In this document: positions 10,251-18,490 of the stretch, one piece after another
Layout of the letters: the number at the start of each line of letters is the position of its first letter
Position numbering within the stretch: the stretch's first letter is position 1
From: a virus
Taxonomy: Duplodnaviria; Caudoviricetes
IMG/VR virus record: IMGVR_UViG_3300024228_000017
Coordinates: 1 to 30,697 of that record
Strand: one strand, 5' to 3'
DNA: 30,697 nucleotides
The notes under the pieces: model-generated
Seen by the model: the letters and a program-made list of their open reading frames with translations, nothing else
Told to the model about the DNA's origin: nothing
Database searches by the model: none
Translations under genes and position numbers: made by a program

Positions 10251-10666
10251 AATTAAGAGATATAATTTTAAAAGAGAATAACGATTCATGTCCTGCAGCA
10301 ACTCAAGACTTGATGTTAAATACTAAGAATAGAGATGCTTCTATAAAAGCAGAACATATTCAATACGGTCCACTAAATGTAAGTGAACCTGGTAGCTTTT
10401 GGAAAGACATCGCTAAATACTGGAATACTTCAGAAAAAGCAGCAAGACTATCTAACTGTAGTAACTGTGTAGCGTTTGATATATCTCCTAGAATGGAAGT
10501 GTGCATGCCTGGAGTTACTTCAGATGAAGATGGTAAGCTAGGTTACTGTTGGATGCACCACTTTAAATGTCACTCAGCCAGAAGTTGCAGAACATGGGCT
10601 AAAGGAGGACCAATAAATAAAGACTCTGTATCCCAGGAATGGCAACAGAGAAGTGAACAAAATTAA
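10247..10666 (+). CDS. Cys/His-rich hypothetical protein with MKLxxIILxE leader
   Basis: Starts MKLRDIILKE; contains CSNC...CWMHHFKCHSARSC; ATGA overlap with the upstream stop. Confidence 0.7.
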   Translation: MKLRDIILKENNDSCPAATQDLMLNTKNRDASIKAEHIQYGPLNVSEPGSFWKDIAKYWNTSEKAARLSNCSNCVAFDISPRMEVCMPGVTSDEDGKLGYCWMHHFKCHSARSCRTWAKGGPINKDSVSQEWQQRSEQN

Positions 10667-10670
10667 TATT

Positions 10671-11456
10671 ATGATTAAATTAAAGAACATTATCGGATAC
10701 CCATCTTTAAAGTACCACTTAGACAATAAACTCTCTTTACATGAGCATGTCTACCGTTATAGCTCGGATGCCTTTATACAATTATTCAAAGAAGCGAGAG
10801 AAGCTCTTAGAGACGAAGCAATTGAATTAGAGGAAACTGATAAAGATCTTTTAGAAACAACAGATATAGGTGAATACGGTGACTATAATGGATTAAAAGT
10901 TCCATTAGACTTACCTATGGTATCATCTAATTATAATCCTCTGTTCGAAATAGGTAACGTTATCGATGAAATGATCGAAAATGAAGACCTAATCGACGAA
11001 GCAGCTTCTATAGACGAGATGATAGACTTTGATATGATCAAAGAACTAGTAGAGTCAATAGGGGGTAACATAAACATGGACAAATTAAGAAAAGCAGTTT
11101 CAATACAAAACGAAAGTTTTGACTATAATGGCTTTGAAATGCTTAAAGCGTCAGTTGATTACATACCCGAAGCTGATTACAGAGGTAAAAAGGTTGCTCT
11201 TAACAAACCTAAAAGAGGTGGAAGTAAAAAATTCTACGTCTACGTTAAGTCAAAGAAAGGAAATGTGAAGAAAGTATCTTTTGGAGATACTGGCCTTTCA
11301 GTTAAGTTTAAAAAGAAAGGTGCAAGAGCATCTTTTGCTGCACGTCATAAATGTGCAACTAAGAAAGATAAAACAAAAGCAGGTTATTGGTCTTGTAATA
11401 TAGGCCGTTATTGGAAATCATTAGGTGGATCATCAAACTTCTCAGGATACTGGTAG
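10671..11456 (+). CDS. hypothetical protein, acidic N-half plus basic C-terminal module (DUF6321-like)
   Basis: Start revised from GTG 10653 to in-frame ATG 10671 (MIKLKNII). The C-terminal EADYRGKKVALNKP...KKFYVYVK...VSFGD...FAARHKC...YWSC is recalled as DUF6321-like, not verified by search. Confidence 0.65.
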   Translation: MIKLKNIIGYPSLKYHLDNKLSLHEHVYRYSSDAFIQLFKEAREALRDEAIELEETDKDLLETTDIGEYGDYNGLKVPLDLPMVSSNYNPLFEIGNVIDEMIENEDLIDEAASIDEMIDFDMIKELVESIGGNINMDKLRKAVSIQNESFDYNGFEMLKASVDYIPEADYRGKKVALNKPKRGGSKKFYVYVKSKKGNVKKVSFGDTGLSVKFKKKGARASFAARHKCATKKDKTKAGYWSCNIGRYWKSLGGSSNFSGYW

Positions 11457-11712
11457 ACCTTACTCTGAACTTACAGAAGAAGGTTATGTTATAAGAGAGT
11501 TCTCTAGTAGTACTTCATCATTTGAATTAGTATGGCATAGAGATAAAGAAGATAGGTATGTTCAAGCCATAGGTAAAACGGACTGGGAGTTTCAACTAGA
11601 CAACCAAATACCTCAAGTATTATCAGAAAACAAACTATTTATACCTAAAGAGACGTATCACCGTCTTATTAAAGGCTCTGGTAAATTAAAAGTTAAAATA
11701 TATAAACTATGA
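11425..11712 (+). CDS. small cupin-fold protein
   Basis: WHRDKE...FIPKETYHRL fits the cupin metal-binding motifs; the GTG start is uncertain. Confidence 0.6.
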   Translation: MDHQTSQDTGRPYSELTEEGYVIREFSSSTSSFELVWHRDKEDRYVQAIGKTDWEFQLDNQIPQVLSENKLFIPKETYHRLIKGSGKLKVKIYKL

Positions 11713-11765
11713 AAACTAGAGACGATGAATGTGAATGCGGTAACTGCGGATGTGGTAACGGTTAA
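11709..11765 (+). CDS. 18-aa Cys-rich micropeptide MKTRDDECECGNCGCGNG (not in ORF track)
   Basis: ATGA overlap with the cupin stop; fills the gap up to 5 nt before ATG 11771; CxCxxCxC pattern. Confidence 0.5.
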   Translation: MKTRDDECECGNCGCGNG

Positions 11766-11770
11766 GTAAA

Positions 11771-12028
11771 ATGAAACTATTAAATATTATTCTTAGCGAA
11801 CGTTTAAAAGTAAACAATATTAGTATTAACTATACTAATTATGGAGATTTATATAGCGTTGTTGTAAATGGTGATAAGGTAGATAGAGACGAAGGTACTA
11901 AGTTAGTACATAAGTTAACTAAACTAGAAGTACCTTATTCATATGATGTTCAAGTAGTCGATGATATTTTAAATAAATTAAGTGATAAAGGTATTGAGGC
12001 TGACTCGTACGAAATGGATATAGATTAA
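11771..12028 (+). CDS. hypothetical protein with MKLLNIILSE leader
   Basis: 85 aa; shares the N-terminal leader. Confidence 0.7.
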   Translation: MKLLNIILSERLKVNNISINYTNYGDLYSVVVNGDKVDRDEGTKLVHKLTKLEVPYSYDVQVVDDILNKLSDKGIEADSYEMDID

Positions 12029-12032
12029 AATT

Positions 12033-12221
12033 ATGAAGTTATCAAAAATTATATTAGAGAAGAAAAAGATTGTACATCAATCAGAGTTAAATTTATCTGA
12101 TAAAGATATTTCTAACCTTGCTGAAGCAATCTCAAGTAAGCTAGATGACTATCTTGATGTAGAGAATAAAGAACTACTTAACCAAACGGTTAAAGCAGCT
12201 ATAGAGGAACTTACCATCTAA
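12033..12221 (+). CDS. hypothetical helical protein with MKLSKIILE leader
   Basis: 62 aa; shares the N-terminal leader. Confidence 0.65.
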   Translation: MKLSKIILEKKKIVHQSELNLSDKDISNLAEAISSKLDDYLDVENKELLNQTVKAAIEELTI

Positions 12222-12225
12222 TTAG

Positions 12226-12256
12226 TTGCATAGTCGAATAAAAGTTCTTATCTTAT
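12226..12256 (+). promoter_or_regulatory. putative Bacteroidetes-type housekeeping-sigma (early/middle) promoter
   Basis: TTG(12226-28)-N20-TATCTTAT(12249-56) is a partial match to TTTG-N19-21-TAnnTTTG and sits directly upstream of the primase. Confidence 0.5.
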
Positions 12257-12278
12257 AGTAAAGATAACGGACTGGGTT

Positions 12279-13202
12279 ATGGACTATACTTTCCTTTTAG
12301 GATCAATTGAAAATTTATTGGGCAAAAGCCACAAGAAGGCTAGAGGCAATCACGCTTTTCATTGTCCTTTCTGTAATCATAGGAAGCCAAAGCTAGAAAT
12401 CAACATGGCTACTAATGAAAATGGAAAGAATCCATGGGAATGTTGGGTATGTGAAACTAAAGGTACAACTATAAGATCTTTATTATTTCAGCTCAAAACA
12501 CCCAAAGCTCAATCAAATGAAATATTAAAATACCTACCAAAAGGATCACAAATAGAGTATAAGGGGATATCTATATTAGAGATACCTAAAGAGTATCAGC
12601 TACTATCTGATGCCTCTACAACATCAGTTATTGCTAACAATGTAAAGAAGTATTTATATGAACGAGGACTTTGCGACAATGATTTTATTAAATACCAAAT
12701 TGGGTACTGCACATCTGGAGACTATGGAGGACGAATTATTATACCAAGTTATTCTGAATCCAATCAACTCAATTTTTTTATTGCAAGAACTTACGATGGA
12801 AACTACTTCAAATACAAGAATCCTGAAGTATCTAAAGACATAGTCTTTTTCGAAAACCTTATTAACTGGAATGCTCCTATAGTAATATGTGAAGGAGTAT
12901 TTGATGCAATGGCTATAAGACGTAATGCTATACCTTTATTAGGTAAAAATATGGCGCAATCGTTATACAAGAAAATATTAATGAGCTCAACATCCGACGT
13001 ATATGTTGCTCTAGATTCAGATGCTAGAAATAGAGCTCTACAAATATCAGAAAAATTACTTAACCAAGGTAAGCGAGTTTACCTAGTAGAGATGAAAGAA
13101 AAAGACCCTTCCGAAATGGGTTTTACATCATTTACTAAACATATCCAATCAGCACAAGAGTTAGACTTATCTAGTCTTATGGTGCACAAATTAGATCTAT
13201 GA
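12279..13202 (+). CDS. DNA primase (DnaG / T4 gp61-like)
   Basis: Zn-binding CPFC...CWVC, YLxxRG, RIIIP, KYKNP, and TOPRIM motifs EGVFDA and LDSDA. Confidence 0.92.
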   Translation: MDYTFLLGSIENLLGKSHKKARGNHAFHCPFCNHRKPKLEINMATNENGKNPWECWVCETKGTTIRSLLFQLKTPKAQSNEILKYLPKGSQIEYKGISILEIPKEYQLLSDASTTSVIANNVKKYLYERGLCDNDFIKYQIGYCTSGDYGGRIIIPSYSESNQLNFFIARTYDGNYFKYKNPEVSKDIVFFENLINWNAPIVICEGVFDAMAIRRNAIPLLGKNMAQSLYKKILMSSTSDVYVALDSDARNRALQISEKLLNQGKRVYLVEMKEKDPSEMGFTSFTKHIQSAQELDLSSLMVHKLDL

Positions 13203-13981
13203 TCAAACAAGGAATGAACATTCTAGAACAGAATGAGAAAAAGAGACTGGATTTCAATCCAGAATTAAAACAGATAAACTTTCTCGATAGGAGAGTTTAC
13301 AAGAGAAGCGAAGGAGTATATTACCCGTCCGTAACTACAATACTCCAATATATGCCCAAGAATAAGTTTTTCGAGTCATGGCTCAAAGACGTTGGGCATA
13401 GCGCTGATCTTATTATGAGACGAGCAGGTAAAGAAGGTACTCAAGTACATGAAGCTGCTGAGAAGTTAGTAGAAGGAGAAGAGATCTCCTGGATGGATGA
13501 TTACGGCAATGCAAAGTACTCTCAAATAGTATGGGAGATGATACTAAAATTTGCAGAGTTTTGGAAAGAATATAAACCAGAACTTATATCATCAGAGCAG
13601 TTTGTATGGTCAGACAAATATAAGTATGCAGGAACTGCTGATATTGTTTGTAAAATGAATGATGAAATATGGTTATTAGATCTTAAAACGTCTAATAGTA
13701 TACATAAGTCATATGATTTACAATTAGCTTCCTATGCTAAAGGATTAGAAGAGAGTCGAGGAGTTAAAATAGAAAGAACCGGTATTATATGGTTAAAAGC
13801 TAAATGTAGAGGACCTAGTAAGCAGAAAGGAGTAATGCAAGGTAAAGGATGGAAGGTATTGCAGATAGATGAAATAGAGAAAAACTTTAAGTTATTTCAA
13901 AACATCTATGAGTTATATCAACTAGAGAATCCTAATACTGAACCAATTTATAATAGTTACCCTACTACTATAAAAGTTTAA
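13199..13981 (+). CDS. PD-(D/E)xK exonuclease (RecB/Cas4-like superfamily)
   Basis: YPSVTTIL, GTQVHE, YAGTAD, LLDLKTS and QLASYA motifs; no four-Cys Fe-S set evident. Confidence 0.88.
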   Translation: MIKQGMNILEQNEKKRLDFNPELKQINFLDRRVYKRSEGVYYPSVTTILQYMPKNKFFESWLKDVGHSADLIMRRAGKEGTQVHEAAEKLVEGEEISWMDDYGNAKYSQIVWEMILKFAEFWKEYKPELISSEQFVWSDKYKYAGTADIVCKMNDEIWLLDLKTSNSIHKSYDLQLASYAKGLEESRGVKIERTGIIWLKAKCRGPSKQKGVMQGKGWKVLQIDEIEKNFKLFQNIYELYQLENPNTEPIYNSYPTTIKV

Positions 13982-13982
13982 C

Positions 13983-13990
13983 TATTTATA
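13983..13990 (+). promoter_or_regulatory. TATTTATA putative late promoter
   Basis: Intergenic, 13 nt before ATG 14004. Confidence 0.6.
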
Positions 13991-14003
13991 ATAAACCATT
14001 TAT

Positions 14004-14891
14004 ATGAAAAAGATAACATTTATACTTGCCCTGTTTTTAGTAACAAGCTGTGCTAACTTTAAACTAGCCACGCTTAATCATTCTCCTATAGCTACCCAGG
14101 AAGGTATCTTAGTAGATGTTATCGATAGTGAATTATCACTATATAGAAAGTTTGACAGAGATAGTAAGTTTAGATGGAATTACTCACAGTTTGCTAAGAA
14201 TCAAGATTTACGTTGGTATTATTCTTTTTATAATCAGAATAACCTATGGAGATATAATAGAAATGTTACTCCTTGGGACTTATATGTAAACAGATATGAT
14301 TACTGGTTTAACTGGAACTATAATTTTGGTTTTAGTACATTCAATCATTGGGATCCATTTAGATTTAAACAATGGGGATGGAATAGCTACGATCCATACT
14401 ATAGTAACTATCACATATGGAATAGACCTTCTATGGCTCATATGAATAGATACAGACAAAGTATTCAAATAGATATTAAAGATAGAGAAATTAAAAATAG
14501 AGTTAGATCTAGAGCTATCGTTAATAGTAACAATAACGTTAGAATATATAACAGACCTGAAATAACAGAAGACAAACTTAGACGATCTGTAAACATACTC
14601 AAAGGCGAAAATAAAAATATAATAATAAGAGAATATAATAATCCTAATAAGTTTAACAATGATAAAACTATCAAACTTAATCCTAGAAGCTACGGAAGGC
14701 CCGAAGGCAATAGTAATGGCGGGAGGAGCTGGAGCAGGGAAGTCGTACCTCCTCAACCAGTTAAATCTAGATTCACTGCACCTAGTCAACCCAGACAAGT
14801 ATATAGAGGATCCGGATCACCCAGCGTACCAAAAACTAACACCGGGAACATTCGCAGCGGACAAGGAAGCAGCAGAGTTAATATCAAATAG
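14004..14891 (+). CDS. lipoprotein with W/Y/N-rich core and R/S/P/G-rich tail
   Basis: MKK + hydrophobic stretch + VTS-C16 lipobox-like signal; the 3' end overlaps the next gene by 233 nt. Confidence 0.75.
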   Translation: MKKITFILALFLVTSCANFKLATLNHSPIATQEGILVDVIDSELSLYRKFDRDSKFRWNYSQFAKNQDLRWYYSFYNQNNLWRYNRNVTPWDLYVNRYDYWFNWNYNFGFSTFNHWDPFRFKQWGWNSYDPYYSNYHIWNRPSMAHMNRYRQSIQIDIKDREIKNRVRSRAIVNSNNNVRIYNRPEITEDKLRRSVNILKGENKNIIIREYNNPNKFNNDKTIKLNPRSYGRPEGNSNGGRSWSREVVPPQPVKSRFTAPSQPRQVYRGSGSPSVPKTNTGNIRSGQGSSRVNIK

Positions 14892-15585
14892 ACAATCATT
14901 TGTTTGGGACACTACTCTGTCCAACCCTAAGAAAGTAAAAGAAATGCTTGCTTCCAAGTATAAGGTATATATCGTTATGGTATATACTCATCCAATGCAA
15001 GCTTATATATCTAACTTTCAAAGAGAAAGAAATGTACCTGCATCTGCAGTATTTCAAACTTGGAGCAAAGTTTACCAATTGATAGATGATTATATTAAAA
15101 TGACGAAAGGAAATTTTTCTTTATTTGTTAATATAAGAAAAGAATTTAAAGATGATATAAAAGCATTTGATACAGCAGCTAAAAACGGTAAAGAAGGGAT
15201 AAAAGACTATTTAAGTAAATATTCTGAAGCAAATAACATAACGGGTTCAAGTTTTAGATCCCCTATAGAACTTTCTGCTGAGATACAGCAAGAGTTTGAA
15301 AAAGCTACTGACCATATGGATTATGATAGAGATAATTACGGTGAAGATAGAGGGCTTAAGAAATACTTCAGCGACTGGTATGAGAAGAATGGAGCTGGAC
15401 CTGGTGATGATAAGATGATTAAAAAGCTTAAGAGTATAAGAAAAGCTAAAGAAACCTCAGCTATAAAATACGATGCTGTATTAGAAACTATAGCAGAGCT
15501 CTTATACAGTCCTATCTTTACTCAAAAGCTAGTTAGTAGTTCACCAAGAGAAATAGATCAAAAATTACAAGATTTTCTAGCATGA
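14659..15585 (+). CDS. P-loop kinase, zeta-toxin / AAA_33-like
   Basis: PKAIVMAGGAGAGKS (Walker A), VNPD, VWDTT and RERNVP lid-like motif; MIKLSNLILE leader. Confidence 0.8.
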   Translation: MIKLSNLILEATEGPKAIVMAGGAGAGKSYLLNQLNLDSLHLVNPDKYIEDPDHPAYQKLTPGTFAADKEAAELISNRQSFVWDTTLSNPKKVKEMLASKYKVYIVMVYTHPMQAYISNFQRERNVPASAVFQTWSKVYQLIDDYIKMTKGNFSLFVNIRKEFKDDIKAFDTAAKNGKEGIKDYLSKYSEANNITGSSFRSPIELSAEIQQEFEKATDHMDYDRDNYGEDRGLKKYFSDWYEKNGAGPGDDKMIKKLKSIRKAKETSAIKYDAVLETIAELLYSPIFTQKLVSSSPREIDQKLQDFLA

Positions 15586-16787
15586 TAGCACTTTATCCTG
15601 GAGCATATAAACCACCTCACAGTGGACATTTTGAAATAGCATCAAGCTTATTGAAAGGCATGCAGGGTAGAGTTTATAGTATAGATAATTATAAAGAAGC
15701 AGGACCATCTGCTTTATCTAAAGATTCTGATACTTCAGTTAAGGTAGATAAGGTCATAGTATTCATTGGAGCAGGAGAAAGAAATGGAATTACTCAATCT
15801 CAATCAGAAGCAATATGGAAAATATACCAAAATTATATTCCTAATCTAGAGATTGTATCCAGTGTAAAGAATCCTATGATTGAAGCTAGAGATTATGCAG
15901 CAGCTAATCCTAAAGAAGAGTTTTATGCTATAACTGGAATAAGAGGAGAAGAAGATTTTGTTGACTTAAGAAGAATATCAACGTTTAAAAAAACACCTAA
16001 TGTAAAAGGTTTAGCAGTTACGTCAAAAGATAATAGTGAAGTTAGAGCAACTAATTTTAGAAAAGCTATTTTAAGCGGTAACTTAGACATAATAAGAGAC
16101 TTTTTTCCTAAAGAAGTTTCATCAGAAGAAATTTTAAAAATATTGAATATGTTAAAATCAACAATCGTATCTGAGCAAATGAAAGAAAAATTACAGGATG
16201 TACTTGAAGAGATCTTTGTTGCTGAAGAAGAAACTATAAAAGAAAGCTCAGGAACACCAGTATCTCCTCAATCAATGATTAGGTCTAAAGACAAAGCTCA
16301 CTTGATTACTTTGTATAAAAGAATCCAAGGTCAAATTGGTAGTGAGAATGTTAAAGTAAAATTTATGCAAGATCACATTAGAATTACTGTAGAAGATGAA
16401 TACAGCAGTCCTAGTTTTGACTATACTCCATTTATGGGTTCTATATTAGAGTATATGCTAGATCAAAAAATGAACATTACTCCTCTACCTGAAATTAAAC
16501 TCAAGAGAGATTTAGGAGAAGCAGCTAGCGTATTTGGTAGAACAGCTTACTATAATCCTGAAATAAAAGAAGTAGTTTTATATACCGAAGGTAGACACCC
16601 TAAGGACGTATTAAGATCTTTTACTCATGAAATGGTTCACCATATACAAAATATTGAAGGAAGGTTAAAAACATACGGTACTACTAATACAAATGAAGAC
16701 GAAGACTTAGTAGAGATAGAAAAAGAAGCCTATACAGTAGGTAATATAACTTTCCGTAACTGGGAAGATGGAATTAAAAATAAATAA
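15582..16787 (+). CDS. HxGH (cytidylyltransferase-like) nucleotidyltransferase fused to an HExxH zincin-like domain
   Basis: ALYPGAYKPPHSGH and VRATNFR (SST-x-R-like) in the N-half; HEMVH (16626-16640) plus downstream EKEA in the C-half. Confidence 0.8.
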   Translation: MIALYPGAYKPPHSGHFEIASSLLKGMQGRVYSIDNYKEAGPSALSKDSDTSVKVDKVIVFIGAGERNGITQSQSEAIWKIYQNYIPNLEIVSSVKNPMIEARDYAAANPKEEFYAITGIRGEEDFVDLRRISTFKKTPNVKGLAVTSKDNSEVRATNFRKAILSGNLDIIRDFFPKEVSSEEILKILNMLKSTIVSEQMKEKLQDVLEEIFVAEEETIKESSGTPVSPQSMIRSKDKAHLITLYKRIQGQIGSENVKVKFMQDHIRITVEDEYSSPSFDYTPFMGSILEYMLDQKMNITPLPEIKLKRDLGEAASVFGRTAYYNPEIKEVVLYTEGRHPKDVLRSFTHEMVHHIQNIEGRLKTYGTTNTNEDEDLVEIEKEAYTVGNITFRNWEDGIKNK

Positions 16788-16792
16788 AGGTT

Positions 16793-17338
16793 ATGAAAAA
16801 TAGTATTGTAGAATTATTGGATGCATATCCAATTAAAGAAGAAAAAGTAAAACCGCCATATAAAATATATTGTGATATGGATGGAGTGTTAACAAACTTT
16901 GAAGGAAGATTTGAACACTTTACTGGTAAACATCCTCAAGAGTATGAAAAAGAGTTTGGAGTTAAACAATTTTGGCACCTTATAGATGTCAAGGTAGGAG
17001 TAAGATTCTGGATAGGAATGGACTGGATGCCTAGAGGAAAAGAACTATGGAATTTTATACAACCATATAATCCAGACTTATTAACATCTCCTTCTAGAGA
17101 TAATGCTTCTAGACTAGGTAAACAACTTTGGGCTAAAAATAATCTTAATCCTAAACCTAAAGTTATAATGGCATATTCAAAAGATAAACAAAGATATGCA
17201 AACGAAAATAGTATATTAATAGACGATAAACCATCTAATATAGATGAATGGAAAGCAGCTGGAGGAATTGCCTTCAAAGTAAAAAAAGGAGATATAACAG
17301 AAGCAATAAACGGTTTAAAAGAGTTAGGTTATGAGTAA
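16793..17338 (+). CDS. HAD phosphatase, 5'(3')-deoxyribonucleotidase-like
   Basis: IYCDMDGVL, LLTSP, K and ILIDDKPSN match HAD motifs I-IV. Confidence 0.85.
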   Translation: MKNSIVELLDAYPIKEEKVKPPYKIYCDMDGVLTNFEGRFEHFTGKHPQEYEKEFGVKQFWHLIDVKVGVRFWIGMDWMPRGKELWNFIQPYNPDLLTSPSRDNASRLGKQLWAKNNLNPKPKVIMAYSKDKQRYANENSILIDDKPSNIDEWKAAGGIAFKVKKGDITEAINGLKELGYE

Positions 17339-17912
17339 AGAAACATTACTGAAAAAAGATTTTAAAGAAAGTGATATAAAGAGAGTAAGAAATTTAGTTA
17401 ATAAAGACTTTAACTCCAGTACTAAAATACAATCAGGTTATAAAAAAACTCTAAGTAGACATAAAGAAGGAGAGATTTGGGAAGAAAGCGGTAAGCAATG
17501 GACCATTAAAAACGGAGTTAGACAGAATATTACTAAACTAGACGATGCTAAGAAAGCATTAAGAATGCCTCTAAGGTGCCCTAAGTGTAATGGTTCAATG
17601 GAACATTGGTTAGCTAAGAAAATGTATAAGATACATGGATTCTGTTTTGACCCCTGTACCGTAGAATATGAAGATTCTCTTAAACAAGCTGGCTTATATG
17701 AAGCCTATGAAAAGAAAATGATTCACGGTAATGCAAAAGAATTTGTCGACGATATAGAAAGATGGATACTGGACTCTGTTAACGACAGCCATACCTTTGT
17801 TACTGAACAAGGAGTTGTAGAAGATTGGGGCGGTATGAATAAAGAGACTAGAGAAAAGATACTTAAAGATCTTAAAGATTTTACTACTACCATGCGTAAG
17901 CATATTAGTTGA
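17331..17912 (+). CDS. hypothetical protein with zinc-finger-like motif
   Basis: CPKC...CFDPC; 193 aa. Confidence 0.65.
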   Translation: MSKETLLKKDFKESDIKRVRNLVNKDFNSSTKIQSGYKKTLSRHKEGEIWEESGKQWTIKNGVRQNITKLDDAKKALRMPLRCPKCNGSMEHWLAKKMYKIHGFCFDPCTVEYEDSLKQAGLYEAYEKKMIHGNAKEFVDDIERWILDSVNDSHTFVTEQGVVEDWGGMNKETREKILKDLKDFTTTMRKHIS

Positions 17913-17920
17913 TATTTATA
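17913..17920 (+). promoter_or_regulatory. TATTTATA putative late promoter
   Basis: Begins right after the stop at 17912, 12 nt before in-frame GTG 17933. Confidence 0.55.
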
Positions 17921-17932
17921 ATAAAACACATT

Positions 17933-18286
17933 GTGACTCAAAAAGATATTTTAGAATCAGTACTCAAGGAAATTAAGCATATAAAAGGTCATATGCCTAA
18001 TGGTGAATTGAAACAAATGCAAGCAGATATGTCGGATTTAAAAGAAGATATTTCAGAAATGAAATACTCTATACTTAATCCTGATAACGGAGTTATAGTG
18101 AACACTAACAAGAATACAGAATATAGAACACTTCTTCAAGCTAATCAAAAAGACTTTGAAGCTAAATTAGCAGAAGTAGAATCTATTAAGCTCTGGAAAG
18201 AAGGAGTTACTAGAGCACTTTGGATTATATTCGGTATAATAGCTGCAATCATAATAAGAATGTTTATGATGCATGCTGAAGGATAA
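17933..18286 (+). CDS. coiled-coil protein with single C-terminal TM helix (possible holin-like)
   Basis: Start revised to GTG 17933, downstream of the motif; hydrophobic segment ALWIIFGIIAAIIIRMF. Confidence 0.55.
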   Translation: MTQKDILESVLKEIKHIKGHMPNGELKQMQADMSDLKEDISEMKYSILNPDNGVIVNTNKNTEYRTLLQANQKDFEAKLAEVESIKLWKEGVTRALWIIFGIIAAIIIRMFMMHAEG

Positions 18287-18298
18287 ATAAACAAAACA

Positions 18299-18490
18299 AT
18301 GCCAGCAAAATTAAAACCTTCTTCTAAGAAGTACGTAAGAGACGCTAAAGGTAAGATGACCAAAAAATGGACTTGGGAACACTACACACCAGCCATGACA
18401 TCTACCGATAACCTTAAGAAATTTTTAGAAGATTCAAGTTATAAAAGAAAAAGAAGTATTATAGAAAGGGAATTAGCTAAAAGAGCATGA
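18299..18490 (+). CDS. small basic hypothetical protein
   Basis: 63 aa, K/R-rich, ATGA-coupled to the next gene. Confidence 0.6.
   Translation: MPAKLKPSSKKYVRDAKGKMTKKWTWEHYTPAMTSTDNLKKFLEDSSYKRKRSIIERELAKRA

Noticed and set aside
13199-13981. Cas4-like nuclease as part of a CRISPR system
   Set aside because: No repeat-spacer array or other cas genes are present; stand-alone PD-(D/E)xK exonucleases are common in phages.
14659-15585. Classical epsilon-zeta toxin-antitoxin pair
   Set aside because: No small epsilon-like gene lies upstream; the upstream gene is a lipoprotein.
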